From NCBI GenBank assembly GCA_965204375.1, contig OZ241986.1, forward strand, positions 5,248,001 through 5,312,000: 64,000 nucleotides of DNA, in the 5' to 3' direction. A program made the translations under genes and the position numbers. Of the stretch, positions 18,644 through 28,876 are shown piece after piece. The notes under the pieces were generated by a model. That model was not told where the DNA came from and did no database searches. It worked only from the letters and a program-made list of their open reading frames with translations. Within the stretch, counting starts at the first letter, position 1; every line of letters starts with the position of its first letter. The stretch is from Candidatus Latescibacterota bacterium (GTDB lineage: Bacteria > Latescibacterota > UBA2968).

Positions 18644-20572
18644 TTATTTTTCGCACAAAAAATTGATTAAATCCTCGTTTTTTGCAAGGTCATTTTTTAC
18701 TGTCAGGGTTGCTTCGGGATAAAGTGCATAGGCCGCTTCTGCCCAGGATGTGTCGAAGGTATCGCCTGTGTTGTGTAAGAGCAAGTTATTTGGGGCGATG
18801 AGCGCGGCGGCATTGGGCAAGCCTCCCGCTTTGAGTATGCCGGGGATGGGCAGGCGTTTGAGGTAGTCGTTTTCGGTTTTGGTATTGAATTCGCCGATGT
18901 CAGATGCGATTTGCAGGTCGGAGCGTTCTGAGATTGCACCTGCGATGATGGTCCAGAGTCCGGCATTGCCAAAGCCGACGATGTTTGTCGGACCATCGGG
19001 CATGTGGCGCAACGCGAGTGCGATGTCGTATATGCGTTCGGCGTCGTCGGTGCGGTTAAAGGTGTTGAAGAAGTTTCCGCCCCCGCGCGGTTCTTCGGGG
19101 TTTTCTTCGCCGATGTTTTGACCCGTGCCGAAGGGGTCTATGGCATAGACGGTTTGACCTTTGTCGAGGAGGGCCTGGATGAGAGGTGAGTACAGGGCGT
19201 CCATGCCATGCGGGTGAATTAAGAGGGTAGATGTGTCGGACGGGGTTTCGGGTGTGAAGGTGCGGATGGGGACGCGCACATTGCGGCGGTTGCCGATCAG
19301 GGTTCCGTTTTCTTTCGTGTTGTGTTGATATGTGACGGTGCTGTTGTCGTAGCCGACGGTTATACGCAGTGCTTCGCCCAGGATGCGTCGATTTTTGGCG
19401 AGTGCGTCGGGTGTGTTTGGGCGATGGGCTTCCAGTGCTGTTTTGGATGCGGCGATGCACTGGCGGATGAGGTCTTTGTGTTGGGTGATTGCACCGTCGG
19501 GCAGGCCATCGAAAAAGGCGAGCATGTCTTTGTGTTCTTCGACTTCAAAGGGCGGTTCGCGAAAGTCGTCGCCATAGGGCAGGTCGAGCCATCGGGCGAA
19601 CCAGCGGTACACGGCTTCTCGCATTTCGAGGTTGTAGCCGTGGGGCGCGTCAATCTGGATTTGAGAGATGCGGTCGTCGGCGTCGTAGAGGTCGTATATG
19701 CGTTTGATGGCGGGGTATTCGACGTCGGGGGTGTGTTGCGTCCAGTCCTGTGAGGAACTGACGAGGATGAGGGGTTTGGGCGCGAAGGTGGTGCCGATAT
19801 CGACGTTGTTGGTGTCGATGCGCAGGAGGGGTGCGTTTTCACAGACACAGCCGCCTTGCATGTAGGCGGAGACCATGCAGACGGGTGCGGCGACATGCAG
19901 GCGGTCGTCAACGGCATAGAGGTTATAGGTTTGGGTGCCTCCGCCCGATTCGCCCGTGCAGCCCAAGCGGTTGGTATCGACTTCGGGGAGTTCGCAAAGG
20001 AAGTCGAGTGCGCGGATGCTGTTCCAGAGTTGAAATCCCAGGATGCCGATGTTCCAGAGCATGCGGTCATCTTGTTTGTGGGGCCAGGGTGCGCGGTGTA
20101 CAACACTGTAGGTTTCTTCCTGATATGCGCCGGAGAGGTGTCGGGCGCTGTCGTTGTAATCGACCATGTCCCACATGAAGGCTGTGCAACCCATTCGGGC
20201 AAAGGTGATGCCCCGGCCCGGGTAGGATGTGTCCCCGTGTTGTATGCGGCCCAGTGGTGCATGTCCATGTGGACTTAAGATGCCGGGGTGGCTTTTGGGT
20301 TGTGGGTTGAGGGGACGAAAGAGGCTACCGCCCACGTAGAAGTTGGGCAAGCTCTGAAAGTAGGCTTTTTCTATGGTGTACCCGTCTCGTTCAATGCGGT
20401 CGTAGATGTGGATGTCGAGCGGGGGCTTTTCGGGCATTGGCCAGAGTCCAGCGGCAAAGAGGATTTGCTTTTTGAGTCTTGCCTTTTCTCGTTCCCAGGT
20501 TTCGCGGTCGGGATATGTTGCGGGCGTAAATTCGGTGTGGGTGTGCGGGAGGTTCTGCCATCGGGGGTCCAT
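18644..20572 (-). CDS. acetylxylan-esterase-like alpha/beta hydrolase
   Basis: SPHGH, GESGGGTQT nucleophile elbow, GGCVCEN. Confidence 0.8.
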   Translation of the reverse strand: MDPRWQNLPHTHTEFTPATYPDRETWEREKARLKKQILFAAGLWPMPEKPPLDIHIYDRIERDGYTIEKAYFQSLPNFYVGGSLFRPLNPQPKSHPGILSPHGHAPLGRIQHGDTSYPGRGITFARMGCTAFMWDMVDYNDSARHLSGAYQEETYSVVHRAPWPHKQDDRMLWNIGILGFQLWNSIRALDFLCELPEVDTNRLGCTGESGGGTQTYNLYAVDDRLHVAAPVCMVSAYMQGGCVCENAPLLRIDTNNVDIGTTFAPKPLILVSSSQDWTQHTPDVEYPAIKRIYDLYDADDRISQIQIDAPHGYNLEMREAVYRWFARWLDLPYGDDFREPPFEVEEHKDMLAFFDGLPDGAITQHKDLIRQCIAASKTALEAHRPNTPDALAKNRRILGEALRITVGYDNSTVTYQHNTKENGTLIGNRRNVRVPIRTFTPETPSDTSTLLIHPHGMDALYSPLIQALLDKGQTVYAIDPFGTGQNIGEENPEEPRGGGNFFNTFNRTDDAERIYDIALALRHMPDGPTNIVGFGNAGLWTIIAGAISERSDLQIASDIGEFNTKTENDYLKRLPIPGILKAGGLPNAAALIAPNNLLLHNTGDTFDTSWAEAAYALYPEATLTVKNDLAKNEDLINFLCEK

Positions 20573-20579
20573 GAGGTGA

Positions 20580-22358
20580 TCACTCCTCTTCAATCGCCGC
20601 GGGGGCGCCGAAGTATTTTTTCAGTCGTTTTGCGTCGAATTTTTCCTGGCGGTCATAGGTGTAGATGCCGTTTTGTTCTTGTTCGATGTCGGTGAGTTGG
20701 GTGTAGCAATATCCCGCGATGTTGGGGTGGTTGAGGAGTATGGCTGTGAGTTTTTCGATTCGGTGATACACTTCTTCGATGTCGGTGGGGCGTTTGCCAT
20801 AGCCCCAGCTGCTTTTGCGGTCTGCGGCTTGTTCTGTTTCGACGGCATTGGGGTCCCACCATGTGCCGCCGTATTCATCGACGACGTAGGGTTGTCCCTG
20901 ATAGGGCACATTCAATTCGGGGAAGCGGATGGGTGTGTTTTCCCAGTCGTCGGGGGATACGGGGGCGTAGGTTGCTTTGAATTTGACGGGGTCCTGTTCG
21001 TAGTCGTGTACGGTGTAGATGTCTGTGCAGACGTGTACGTAGCCGCTGGTGTCGTGGCAGGGACGAGAAGGGTCGAGTGCTCTGGTGAGGTCGTAGGTTT
21101 CCTGTACGGCACGGCGGTGTGCTTCAAAGTGGTTGGTCGCGCCGCCCCGGGTTTCATTGTAGGGGGTCCACGCGAGGATAGAGGGGTGATTGAGGTCGCG
21201 CTGGACGATTTCTCGCCATTCGCGCTGCTGGTTGTGTATGGATTGGGGTGAGCCGAAGTTCATGCCCCAGTCACAGTATTCGCCCCAGGTGAGGTATCCG
21301 AGTTTGTCAGCCCAGTAGTGAAAGCGTTCTTCGAATACTTTCTGGTGAAGGCGCGCGCCGTTGAAGCCGACGGCGAGCGATTTTTCGATGTCGCCTTTGA
21401 GCATGTCGTCGGATGGGGCGGTCCATATTCCGTCGGGATAGAATCCCTGGTCCAGTACAAGGCGCAGGAAGATGGGGGTGTTGTTGAGGTAGAATTTGTG
21501 GCCTTCGATGTGAAATTTTCGCAGTCCGGCATAGCTGTTGACTGTGTCGATGATGGTGTCGCCGTCGCGGAGTTCAAAGCGGAGGTCGTAGAGGTGAGGG
21601 TTGTCTGGCGACCAGGGTTGCGGGTTTTTGATGCGCAAGGACATGGCAGCGCCGCTCGTGGCGGGCATGGTAGAGACCGCGACTTCTTCTTTGCCGTTGA
21701 GGAGGACGGCGCGGAAGGTGTGTCCGCGATGCGCGTTTTTAAATGTGGGGGTGAGTACAAAGCGGCTGCTGTCGAGGTCGGGTACGATGCGTACAGTTTC
21801 CATGCGCGATTCGGGCACGGCTTCGAGCCAGACGGTTTGCCATATTCCCGTGACGCGGGTGTAGTGGCAGCCGCGGGAATAGAGGTCGGGGCATTGTTTG
21901 CCCGAGGGCTGGTCACCTGAGCGCGTGTCGTCATTGGCGCAGACGACGAGATGATTTGCGTTAGATGTGAGCGCATCTGTGATGTCATAAGTGAAGGATG
22001 AACTGCCGCCGTAATGCTGTCCGATAAGATGACCGTTGACCCAGGCTTTGCAGTGGTAATCGACCGCGCCGAAGTGCAGGAGTACGCGCTTGTCCGTCCA
22101 TTCGTCGGGGATGTCGAGGGTGCGATGATACCAGACCGAGGGCATAAAGTCCGTGTATTGAATGCCCGAGAGACTGGATTCCGGGCAGAAAGGCACGGTG
22201 ATGACACGGTCTAATTCAGCGGGATTTTGGGGCCAGCCTTTGGCTTCGCCGGATTGTCCAACGTCAATGGCGAAGTTCCAGATGCCGTTGAGGTTTAGCC
22301 ATGTGTTGCGCTGAAATTGCGGACGGGGGTGTTCGGGTCGCGGTTGTGTTTCGGGCAT
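20580..22358 (-). CDS. glycoside hydrolase family 2
   Basis: HPRPQFQR..WLNLNG, LHFGAVDY, LDQGFYPDG, WTPYNE, VDEYGG. Confidence 0.9.
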   Translation of the reverse strand: MPETQPRPEHPRPQFQRNTWLNLNGIWNFAIDVGQSGEAKGWPQNPAELDRVITVPFCPESSLSGIQYTDFMPSVWYHRTLDIPDEWTDKRVLLHFGAVDYHCKAWVNGHLIGQHYGGSSSFTYDITDALTSNANHLVVCANDDTRSGDQPSGKQCPDLYSRGCHYTRVTGIWQTVWLEAVPESRMETVRIVPDLDSSRFVLTPTFKNAHRGHTFRAVLLNGKEEVAVSTMPATSGAAMSLRIKNPQPWSPDNPHLYDLRFELRDGDTIIDTVNSYAGLRKFHIEGHKFYLNNTPIFLRLVLDQGFYPDGIWTAPSDDMLKGDIEKSLAVGFNGARLHQKVFEERFHYWADKLGYLTWGEYCDWGMNFGSPQSIHNQQREWREIVQRDLNHPSILAWTPYNETRGGATNHFEAHRRAVQETYDLTRALDPSRPCHDTSGYVHVCTDIYTVHDYEQDPVKFKATYAPVSPDDWENTPIRFPELNVPYQGQPYVVDEYGGTWWDPNAVETEQAADRKSSWGYGKRPTDIEEVYHRIEKLTAILLNHPNIAGYCYTQLTDIEQEQNGIYTYDRQEKFDAKRLKKYFGAPAAIEEE

Positions 22359-22371
22359 GAAATACTCCTTA

Positions 22372-23817
22372 TTAAAATCCCGCTTCTCTCGGGGGCAGGG
22401 GATCAACTGTCCAGGCCATGCGGTCAGCAAGGCGGGTCATGAGGTCGAGTCTTACGGTAGTGTAGTCGGGGTTGTTCCACTGGTTGTGCGTTTCAGTGGG
22501 GTCGGTTTCGAGGTCGTAGAGTTCGCCGCCGCCAGTGCCGTGTGCGGCGACGAGTTTGTGGCGGTCGGTGCGTACCATGGTGGCATGGGCTGGCGGATTT
22601 TTATGGCCCTGCATGGCGTTGTAATATTCGCAGTAGATGTCGTCGCGGTGCTGGTCGAGGGGTGCGTCGCCTTTCAGGAGTGGTTGGAGGGTGCGTCCTT
22701 GCATGGCGGGATGGCGGTCGAGGCCGACCCATTCGAGGATGGTGGGCGCGAGGTCAACGAGTTCGACGAGTGCATAAGATCGCGAGCCGTCGTTGCGAAG
22801 GCCGGGTCCTGAGATGAGGAGAGGGACGCGCACAGCGGGTTCGTAGAAGAAGGGGCCTTTGAGGTAGATGCCGTGGTCGCCGAGCATTTCGCCGTGGTCA
22901 GAGGTGAAGATGATATAGGTGTTGTCGCGTTGTCCGGTTTCTTCAAGGCAGTCGAGCAGGTGACCGATCTGGCGGTCTATTACATCGACCATGGCCCAGT
23001 ACGCCGCGGTGACCCAGCGGTGATCAATGTCGGTCATTTTGTCGTAGGCAAATTGGCCTTTGCCGCCGTAGGAGCCGCCGTGATCGATGCGTTGCCAGAT
23101 GGGTTTGTCGTCGAGTTCGCCCTGGACGTAGTTGGGCAGGGGTATGTCGTCGATTATATCGCGGTAGCGTTCGAGGTCTTCGCGCGGGGGATCAAAGGCG
23201 TGATGCGGGTCAAAGGGGTTGAGGGAGAAGGTCCAGGGCATGTTTTCTTCAGCACATCGGCGGATGAAGGTGATGGCGCGCTGGATGCAGTAGGTGGTCT
23301 GGCTGTGTTCTTCAGAGGGGAGTGTCTGTACGTATCGAGAATCTGGGAAGGGCTGGACGTCGCGCGTCAGACCCTTGTCGCGCAACCACTGGTGGTAGTC
23401 ATTGGTGGGCCATCTGGGGGCGGGGTCGTGCGACCAGAAGAACTGGTCATAGCCATCGTCTATGCGGCGTTCTGTGCCGTGACACGCGCTGGGGTTGCAG
23501 ACCGAGATGTGGAGTTTGCCGGATAGGCCACATACGTATCCGGCGTCGTGAAGCAGTTTGGTGACGGGGATTTCGTCGCCGGGTATGGATTGGCCGTTTT
23601 GTCGGCAGCGCGTGGTGCGCGGGTAGCGTCCGGTGAGAAAGCTGGATCGGCTGGGCGTGCAGACGGGACTTTGCGAGAAGGCGTATTCAAAGAGGACACT
23701 TTGTTCGGCGAGGCGGTCCAGGTTGGGGGTGTGTACATAGGGGTTGCCATAACAGCCGAGGGTGTCAAAGCGCTGCTGGTCAGTGCAGATCCAGAGGATG
23801 TTGGGTTTGTTGGGCAT
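22372..23817 (-). CDS. sulfatase
   Basis: PNILWICTDQQR, CTPSR formylglycine motif, SDHGEMLGDHG. Confidence 0.95.
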   Translation of the reverse strand: MPNKPNILWICTDQQRFDTLGCYGNPYVHTPNLDRLAEQSVLFEYAFSQSPVCTPSRSSFLTGRYPRTTRCRQNGQSIPGDEIPVTKLLHDAGYVCGLSGKLHISVCNPSACHGTERRIDDGYDQFFWSHDPAPRWPTNDYHQWLRDKGLTRDVQPFPDSRYVQTLPSEEHSQTTYCIQRAITFIRRCAEENMPWTFSLNPFDPHHAFDPPREDLERYRDIIDDIPLPNYVQGELDDKPIWQRIDHGGSYGGKGQFAYDKMTDIDHRWVTAAYWAMVDVIDRQIGHLLDCLEETGQRDNTYIIFTSDHGEMLGDHGIYLKGPFFYEPAVRVPLLISGPGLRNDGSRSYALVELVDLAPTILEWVGLDRHPAMQGRTLQPLLKGDAPLDQHRDDIYCEYYNAMQGHKNPPAHATMVRTDRHKLVAAHGTGGGELYDLETDPTETHNQWNNPDYTTVRLDLMTRLADRMAWTVDPLPPREAGF

Positions 23818-23853
23818 GAAGACCTCGTGTTATACAATGAATACCACAGACAA

Positions 23854-24891
23854 TTACGCGCTGATAGCCAGTCCAATGCCTTTTTCTCCGCCACCGGCGT
23901 AATAGAGATAGAGTTTTTTATCGTGAAATATGGGAAAGGGGTCGCGCACATTTCGCTTTTCCCATTCCCCTTGAGGTGTTAAAATTGTACCGTGTTTTTG
24001 AACAAGGCTTACCGCCTGGCTGTTGATTTGCAATGTGGCAGCGAAGATGCTTTCAAAGGTTGCATTGATGTTGGCTAAGCAAGAATAGGTCGCCAGGATG
24101 TGTGTGTCGTCGATGAGCGTGCATCCAATATGGCGAATGCGCTGGTGTTCCCCATATATTTCTTCGGCGGTGAGGATGGCACCGGTTTCATCGAGGGTCC
24201 AATCTAATCCGTCGGGCGAATAGGCGTGTCCAATGCTTGTGGGATGGGGACGACCTCTCCGTTGTTCTTTGGGAAGTTTTTTGGTTTCACCATTGTAATC
24301 AGCTTCTTCTCGGCTCATGGTCATGAAGAAGCCGTGGCATCCGTTTTCTGTGGGCACGACGCGCAGATACATGTTGGTGGCCACACGCCAATGATCGGGT
24401 GTGGTGATGGGCAAGAGGAGGTTGTTGGGGTGTACATCAAAGTGGATGCCATCGGTTGAGGTGGCTGCGCCTGAGTTTTGAATGCGGCGATAATAGTGGG
24501 TGGGCATTCGGCGGTTTTGTTCTTTGAGTACTTCTGCCGGACAGCCGCCGTGGTAGTAGAGGATGAAGCGGTTGTTGTAATAAATGATTTCGGGCGAGCT
24601 GAGGTGGCCCTTGACGGCAGGGCAATTGTCGAGGTGGAGGACGGCTTTTTTTTGCATTGTCCAGGGGCCTTCGAGCGTTGGCGCAGTGGCAAAGCCGATT
24701 TCTCTGCCGCCGTGTGAGGCGAGATACATGTAGTAGCGATCAATGGGGCTGTTGAGTTTGTCGCTCATGTCGATGACGCTGGGAAACATGATGGATCGCC
24801 TTTTTTTAAAATCCCAGGTGATGTCGTCGATGGTTAAGAGGGGGTTGGATTTAGAGCGCTGGAGTGTTTGGAGAAAATGAGGTTGTGTCAT
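23854..24891 (-). CDS. five-bladed beta-propeller glycosidase-like protein
   Basis: RYYMY, HLSSPEI...LYYHG, ATSTDG, RDP...LYLYYAGGGEKGIGLA. Confidence 0.65.
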   Translation of the reverse strand: MTQPHFLQTLQRSKSNPLLTIDDITWDFKKRRSIMFPSVIDMSDKLNSPIDRYYMYLASHGGREIGFATAPTLEGPWTMQKKAVLHLDNCPAVKGHLSSPEIIYYNNRFILYYHGGCPAEVLKEQNRRMPTHYYRRIQNSGAATSTDGIHFDVHPNNLLLPITTPDHWRVATNMYLRVVPTENGCHGFFMTMSREEADYNGETKKLPKEQRRGRPHPTSIGHAYSPDGLDWTLDETGAILTAEEIYGEHQRIRHIGCTLIDDTHILATYSCLANINATFESIFAATLQINSQAVSLVQKHGTILTPQGEWEKRNVRDPFPIFHDKKLYLYYAGGGEKGIGLAISA

Positions 24892-24954
24892 AGGGGCCTG
24901 TGGGTTTATTTTAAGGTGAGGAAAGAGACGATCTTTATTATGAAGGGAGTTTGC

Positions 24955-26352
24955 ATGAGAAGCAAGCCAAATATTATTTACTTGTTGGCCGATGATTGGG
25001 GGTATGGAGATGTGGGTTGTTTGAATCCCGATTCGAAGATTCCAACGCCGCATACGGATCAACTCGCGTCTGAGGGGATGATTTTTACGGATGCACATAG
25101 CAATTCTGCGGTGTGTACGCCCACGCGGTATGGTGTGATGACGGGGCGCTATTGCTGGCGGTCGCGGTTGATGCGCGGGGTTTTGAATGGGTATTCTGAG
25201 CCGTTGATTGAAGATGGGCGGATGACTGTGCCATCGCTGTTGCGCGATGAGGGTTATACGACGGCGTGTGTGGGGAAGTGGCATTTGGGGTTGGGCTGGC
25301 AGGTGAGTGATGGGGCGGAGCGAACGAATGGGGAGACGGTGGATTTTTCCGCGCCGTTGTCAGAGGGTCCCCATACGGTGGGTTTTGATTATTCGTTTAT
25401 TATTCCGGCGTCGCTGGATATGGCTCCGTATTGTTATATTGAAGATGGGGTGGTGGTGGAGCAGCCGGTTGAGGAGACTGCGGATTCGCCGAGGCCAGAA
25501 TTTTGGCGCGGGGGTGCGTGTGCGCCCGGGTTTATGCATGATACGTGTTTGCTGGAGTTGACGATTCGCGCCGAGGGGTTTATCAATCAGCACGCGAAGG
25601 AGAATGGGGATAAGCCGTTCTTTTTGTATTTTCCCGCGCCTTCGCCGCATACGCCGCATTTTGCACGGGGGCGATTTGCAGGGCGAAGTCAGGCAGGGGA
25701 ATACGGGGATTATGTGACGGAGCACGATTGGAGTGTTGGGCGCATTTTGGAGGCGGTGAAGCGCAATGGGTTGGCGGATGATACGCTGATTATTGTGACG
25801 AGTGATAATGGTTGTCACGAAGAGCCAATAGGGTTGAAGGAGAAGTACGATCATCTGGGGAATTATATTTTTCGGGGGCAGAAGTCCGATGCGTGGGATG
25901 GCGGGCATCGCATTCCGTTTATCGCTTCGTGGCCCGGGGTGATTGAGCCGGGGTCGCGTTGTGATAAGACGGTGTGTTTGACGGATTTGCTGGCGACTGT
26001 AGCCGGGATTTGCGATGTGGATTTGCCGAGGGATGCGGGGGAGGATAGTTATGATATTTTGCCGTATATGCAGGGCGTTCAGGAAGAGACGATTCGAGAG
26101 GCGACGGTACATCATTCGATTAGCGGAGAGTTTGCGATTCGCAAAGATGAGTGGAAGTTGGTGACATGTCGTGGGTCGGGTGGCTGGAGTTTGAGAGAGG
26201 CAGATGTGCCTGCAGATGCACCGCCAATGCAGCTTTACGATATGGCATCCGACCCGGAGGAACAGAATAATTTGTTCTGTGAAAAGCCAGAGGTGGCAGA
26301 GAAATTGCTGGGGATTTTGGATCGGTATCGGGAAGGAGATAGGAGTACGTGA
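24955..26352 (+). CDS. arylsulfatase
   Basis: PNIIYLLADDWGYGD, CTPTR, GKWHLG. Confidence 0.95.
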   Translation: MRSKPNIIYLLADDWGYGDVGCLNPDSKIPTPHTDQLASEGMIFTDAHSNSAVCTPTRYGVMTGRYCWRSRLMRGVLNGYSEPLIEDGRMTVPSLLRDEGYTTACVGKWHLGLGWQVSDGAERTNGETVDFSAPLSEGPHTVGFDYSFIIPASLDMAPYCYIEDGVVVEQPVEETADSPRPEFWRGGACAPGFMHDTCLLELTIRAEGFINQHAKENGDKPFFLYFPAPSPHTPHFARGRFAGRSQAGEYGDYVTEHDWSVGRILEAVKRNGLADDTLIIVTSDNGCHEEPIGLKEKYDHLGNYIFRGQKSDAWDGGHRIPFIASWPGVIEPGSRCDKTVCLTDLLATVAGICDVDLPRDAGEDSYDILPYMQGVQEETIREATVHHSISGEFAIRKDEWKLVTCRGSGGWSLREADVPADAPPMQLYDMASDPEEQNNLFCEKPEVAEKLLGILDRYREGDRST

Positions 26353-26496
26353 GAGGAGGCGTTATGGATCAAAAAAAGTATGTTTTGAGGTTAAAGGTGC
26401 TCGAGATTTTGCGCCGTTATCACAAGGTGCAACAGCATTTTCACATTATGCGGGAGTGGAAAAAGCGCTGGATTTCTCCGAATTGACTTGTGTTTT

Positions 26497-27360
26497 TTAT
26501 ATTATCGGAACACCAGCGCGGGTGGCGATAGCGCGGGTGTTGGATGCAGCTTCGGGTATGAGGTCGGGTTTGAGGTGTTCGATGAGGCCGTAGTTGTTGG
26601 GGTGGTGGTTCTGGAAATGCCGGAAGCAGTGGGCGAGGTCGAGTTCGCCATTGCCAGGTACGGTTTCGTCGAGGTGGATGACAAGCCCTTTGCCGATGGC
26701 GATGTCTTTGATGTGCATGACCGGGGAATAAGCGCCCATTTGGGAAAAGATGTGGTCCAGGCGGTCGGTGCTATCATAGACCTGGCTTAAGGTTTCAAAG
26801 TGGTTGACGTAGTCCATGACCAGGCGCAGGTTGGGCGATCCGACGTTTTCGACCATTTTGCGGCATGTTTCCGGGTTTTTGAGGATGGAGACGAGGTGAG
26901 TTTCCATGACGACTGTGACGCCGTTTTGTTCGAGGGTGGGGGTGATTTTTTGCAGGGTTTCAATGAGGCGATCCCATGCTTCTGGCGTGTGATTGTCGCG
27001 ATGGGGCGTCCAGCTTCCGGCGGGGTTGCGGCTGCCCGGGCGCAGGAGAAAGGCTTGTGCGGATAGACCCGCGGCGATTTCTGTTCCTTTTTTGATTTTG
27101 CGGATGATTGTGTTTCGGATTTCTGAGTCGGGATCAAAGAGGCATTCGGGGTATGTGATGGAGAATTGTGCGAGGTCGAGGTTGTGTTCGGCAAAGCGTG
27201 CGCGGCACCGGTCCGTGTCGGCGGTTGTGATTTCTTCGCAGAGTTCTGCAGGGAAGTGAAAGGCTCCACCGGTGAATCCGAGGTTTTGGATGGTTTGAAG
27301 ATGTGACGATTCAAGGGTGCGAAAATCTCTGGGCAAGAGGCCAACAACACCTAAGCGCAT
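26497..27360 (-). CDS. sugar phosphate isomerase/epimerase
   Basis: METH, MDYVN, MHIKD, PGNGELD, IEH. Confidence 0.82.
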   Translation of the reverse strand: MRLGVVGLLPRDFRTLESSHLQTIQNLGFTGGAFHFPAELCEEITTADTDRCRARFAEHNLDLAQFSITYPECLFDPDSEIRNTIIRKIKKGTEIAAGLSAQAFLLRPGSRNPAGSWTPHRDNHTPEAWDRLIETLQKITPTLEQNGVTVVMETHLVSILKNPETCRKMVENVGSPNLRLVMDYVNHFETLSQVYDSTDRLDHIFSQMGAYSPVMHIKDIAIGKGLVIHLDETVPGNGELDLAHCFRHFQNHHPNNYGLIEHLKPDLIPEAASNTRAIATRAGVPII

Positions 27361-27371
27361 GGTCTGGTCTC

Positions 27372-28106
27372 CTATCGCGTGAAGATGCTGCCGCGAAGAT
27401 AGTCGGCTTCGTCAGATACGAGGAAGGATAGTATTTTACCCACGCCTTCGGGGTCGCCGAGTCCGGCTGCCATGCGTGAGACATCGCGCCCTGAGGCGTC
27501 GGCTTGTTTTTGTACGACGCGCATTTTGAGCGGTGTTTCAATACCGCCCGGGCATACGCCGTGGACGCGGATGTTGCGGTTGGACAGTTGGGCTGCCAAT
27601 ACGAGGGAGAGGCCGTGGGCGCCGCCTTTGCTGGAGCCATAGGCGACGGATGAGCTTCCGCCTTTGACACCCGCGCCAGAGGCGATGAGTACGATGACGC
27701 CTTTGCCGGCTTTTTCCATTAGTGGTACGGTGTATTTTGAGACGAGAAAGCTTCCTTTTAGATTGATGTCTATGACCCTGTCCCAGGTGAATTCGTCAAA
27801 TTCATCGATGGGTACTAATGCGCCTTCGAGGATGCCAGCGGCGTTGATTAAGCCATCGATATGGCCGAAGGTATTGCCGATGTTTTCAAAGAGTGCGCGT
27901 ACCTGGTTTTCCTCTTTTATGTCTGTCTGAAATCCCGCTGCATTCCCACCCGCGTTTTCGATTTCTCGAACTGTGCGTTCCACGCCCGCTCCGTCCAGAT
28001 CTACGACGGCTACACGCGCGCCTTCCCGGGCACAGCATCGCGCTGCCGCCTGTCCTATGCCCGATGCACCGCCCGTTACGACGATGTTTTTGTTTTCCAG
28101 TCTCAT
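27372..28106 (-). CDS. SDR oxidoreductase
   Basis: TGGASGIG, NAAG, YGSSK. Confidence 0.93.
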   Translation of the reverse strand: MRLENKNIVVTGGASGIGQAAARCCAREGARVAVVDLDGAGVERTVREIENAGGNAAGFQTDIKEENQVRALFENIGNTFGHIDGLINAAGILEGALVPIDEFDEFTWDRVIDINLKGSFLVSKYTVPLMEKAGKGVIVLIASGAGVKGGSSSVAYGSSKGGAHGLSLVLAAQLSNRNIRVHGVCPGGIETPLKMRVVQKQADASGRDVSRMAAGLGDPEGVGKILSFLVSDEADYLRGSIFTR

Positions 28107-28128
28107 GGGTTCTCCTTTTCAAAGACCA

Positions 28129-28632
28129 TTAAGGCTCATGTTCATCAGTCTCCACGCGATAGACTTCCATGCCCCGTGCTTTGTAATTTTGTAGTGCATG
28201 CGGATGGTCAAGGGTGCAGGTATGCACCCATACTCTTTTTGTTTTTCCCCACGCCCATGCCGATTTTATTGCATGGGATAAGAGATACCCCCCAAAGCCC
28301 TGTCCGATGAATTTGGTAGCCAGACCAAAATAGAGGATTTCGACATTGCCGCCCTCTTGCTTCTGGAGTTCGTAGTATCCAGCAGGCGCGCCTTTGTACT
28401 GCGCAAGCCAGGTTCTCAGGCTGTCGTTTTCTACATGTGCTTTCCATTGTTCATCTGACAATGAGAGTTTGTTTGTCCATTCATAGGGTCCGCCTATGAA
28501 TTGATATAGGAATTTGTTAAATTGATATTGTTTGATTTCGCATTCCTGTACTTGCAATCCGTTCGATTCCGTTTTTTCTTTGAGAGAAGATGGCGATTTC
28601 ATTTCGAGGTAGTATGTGGTGACTTCGTTCAT
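28129..28632 (-). CDS. GNAT N-acetyltransferase
   Basis: FIGQGFGGYLL, VHTCTLDHPHALQNYKARG. Confidence 0.9.
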   Translation of the reverse strand: MNEVTTYYLEMKSPSSLKEKTESNGLQVQECEIKQYQFNKFLYQFIGGPYEWTNKLSLSDEQWKAHVENDSLRTWLAQYKGAPAGYYELQKQEGGNVEILYFGLATKFIGQGFGGYLLSHAIKSAWAWGKTKRVWVHTCTLDHPHALQNYKARGMEVYRVETDEHEP

Positions 28633-28720
28633 TGGTTTTTCTGTCCAGATGGGATAGAGATGAATGAGGATGGTTTATATGTGACTGACAACACGTTTTC
28701 TTGTGCTTGTTTTGTTCTTT

Positions 28721-28800
28721 ATCTGCGTTTATCTGCGTTTATCTGCGTTCATCTGCGTTCATCTGCGTTCATCTGCGTTCATCTGCGTTCATCTGCGGAT
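28721..28800 (+). repeat. eight tandem units of a 10-bp repeat (atctgcgttt x2, atctgcgttc x5, atctgcggat)
   Basis: Visible directly. Confidence 0.95.
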
Positions 28801-28876
28801 AAAAATACACGCGATATTGAGAACAAACAACCTCTTTCGGATGCCGCTGTTTTAGCGGTCTCATCAGGAGGCTACA

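Noticed and set aside
26364-26486. 40-codon ORF with a good SD (MDQKKYVLRL...) after the arylsulfatase
   Set aside because: No recognisable family; it could be a remnant, but I cannot support a call.
17441-27350. Long antisense or alternate-frame ORFs (for example 17441-18448, 19360-20268, 21260-22207)
   Set aside because: Low-complexity shadow ORFs produced by codon and strand bias of well-supported genes.
28721-28800. 10-bp tandem repeat as a mini-CRISPR, or as part of the 28522-28932 ORF
   Set aside because: There are no spacers, and the ICVHLRSSA peptide is simply the repeat translated.
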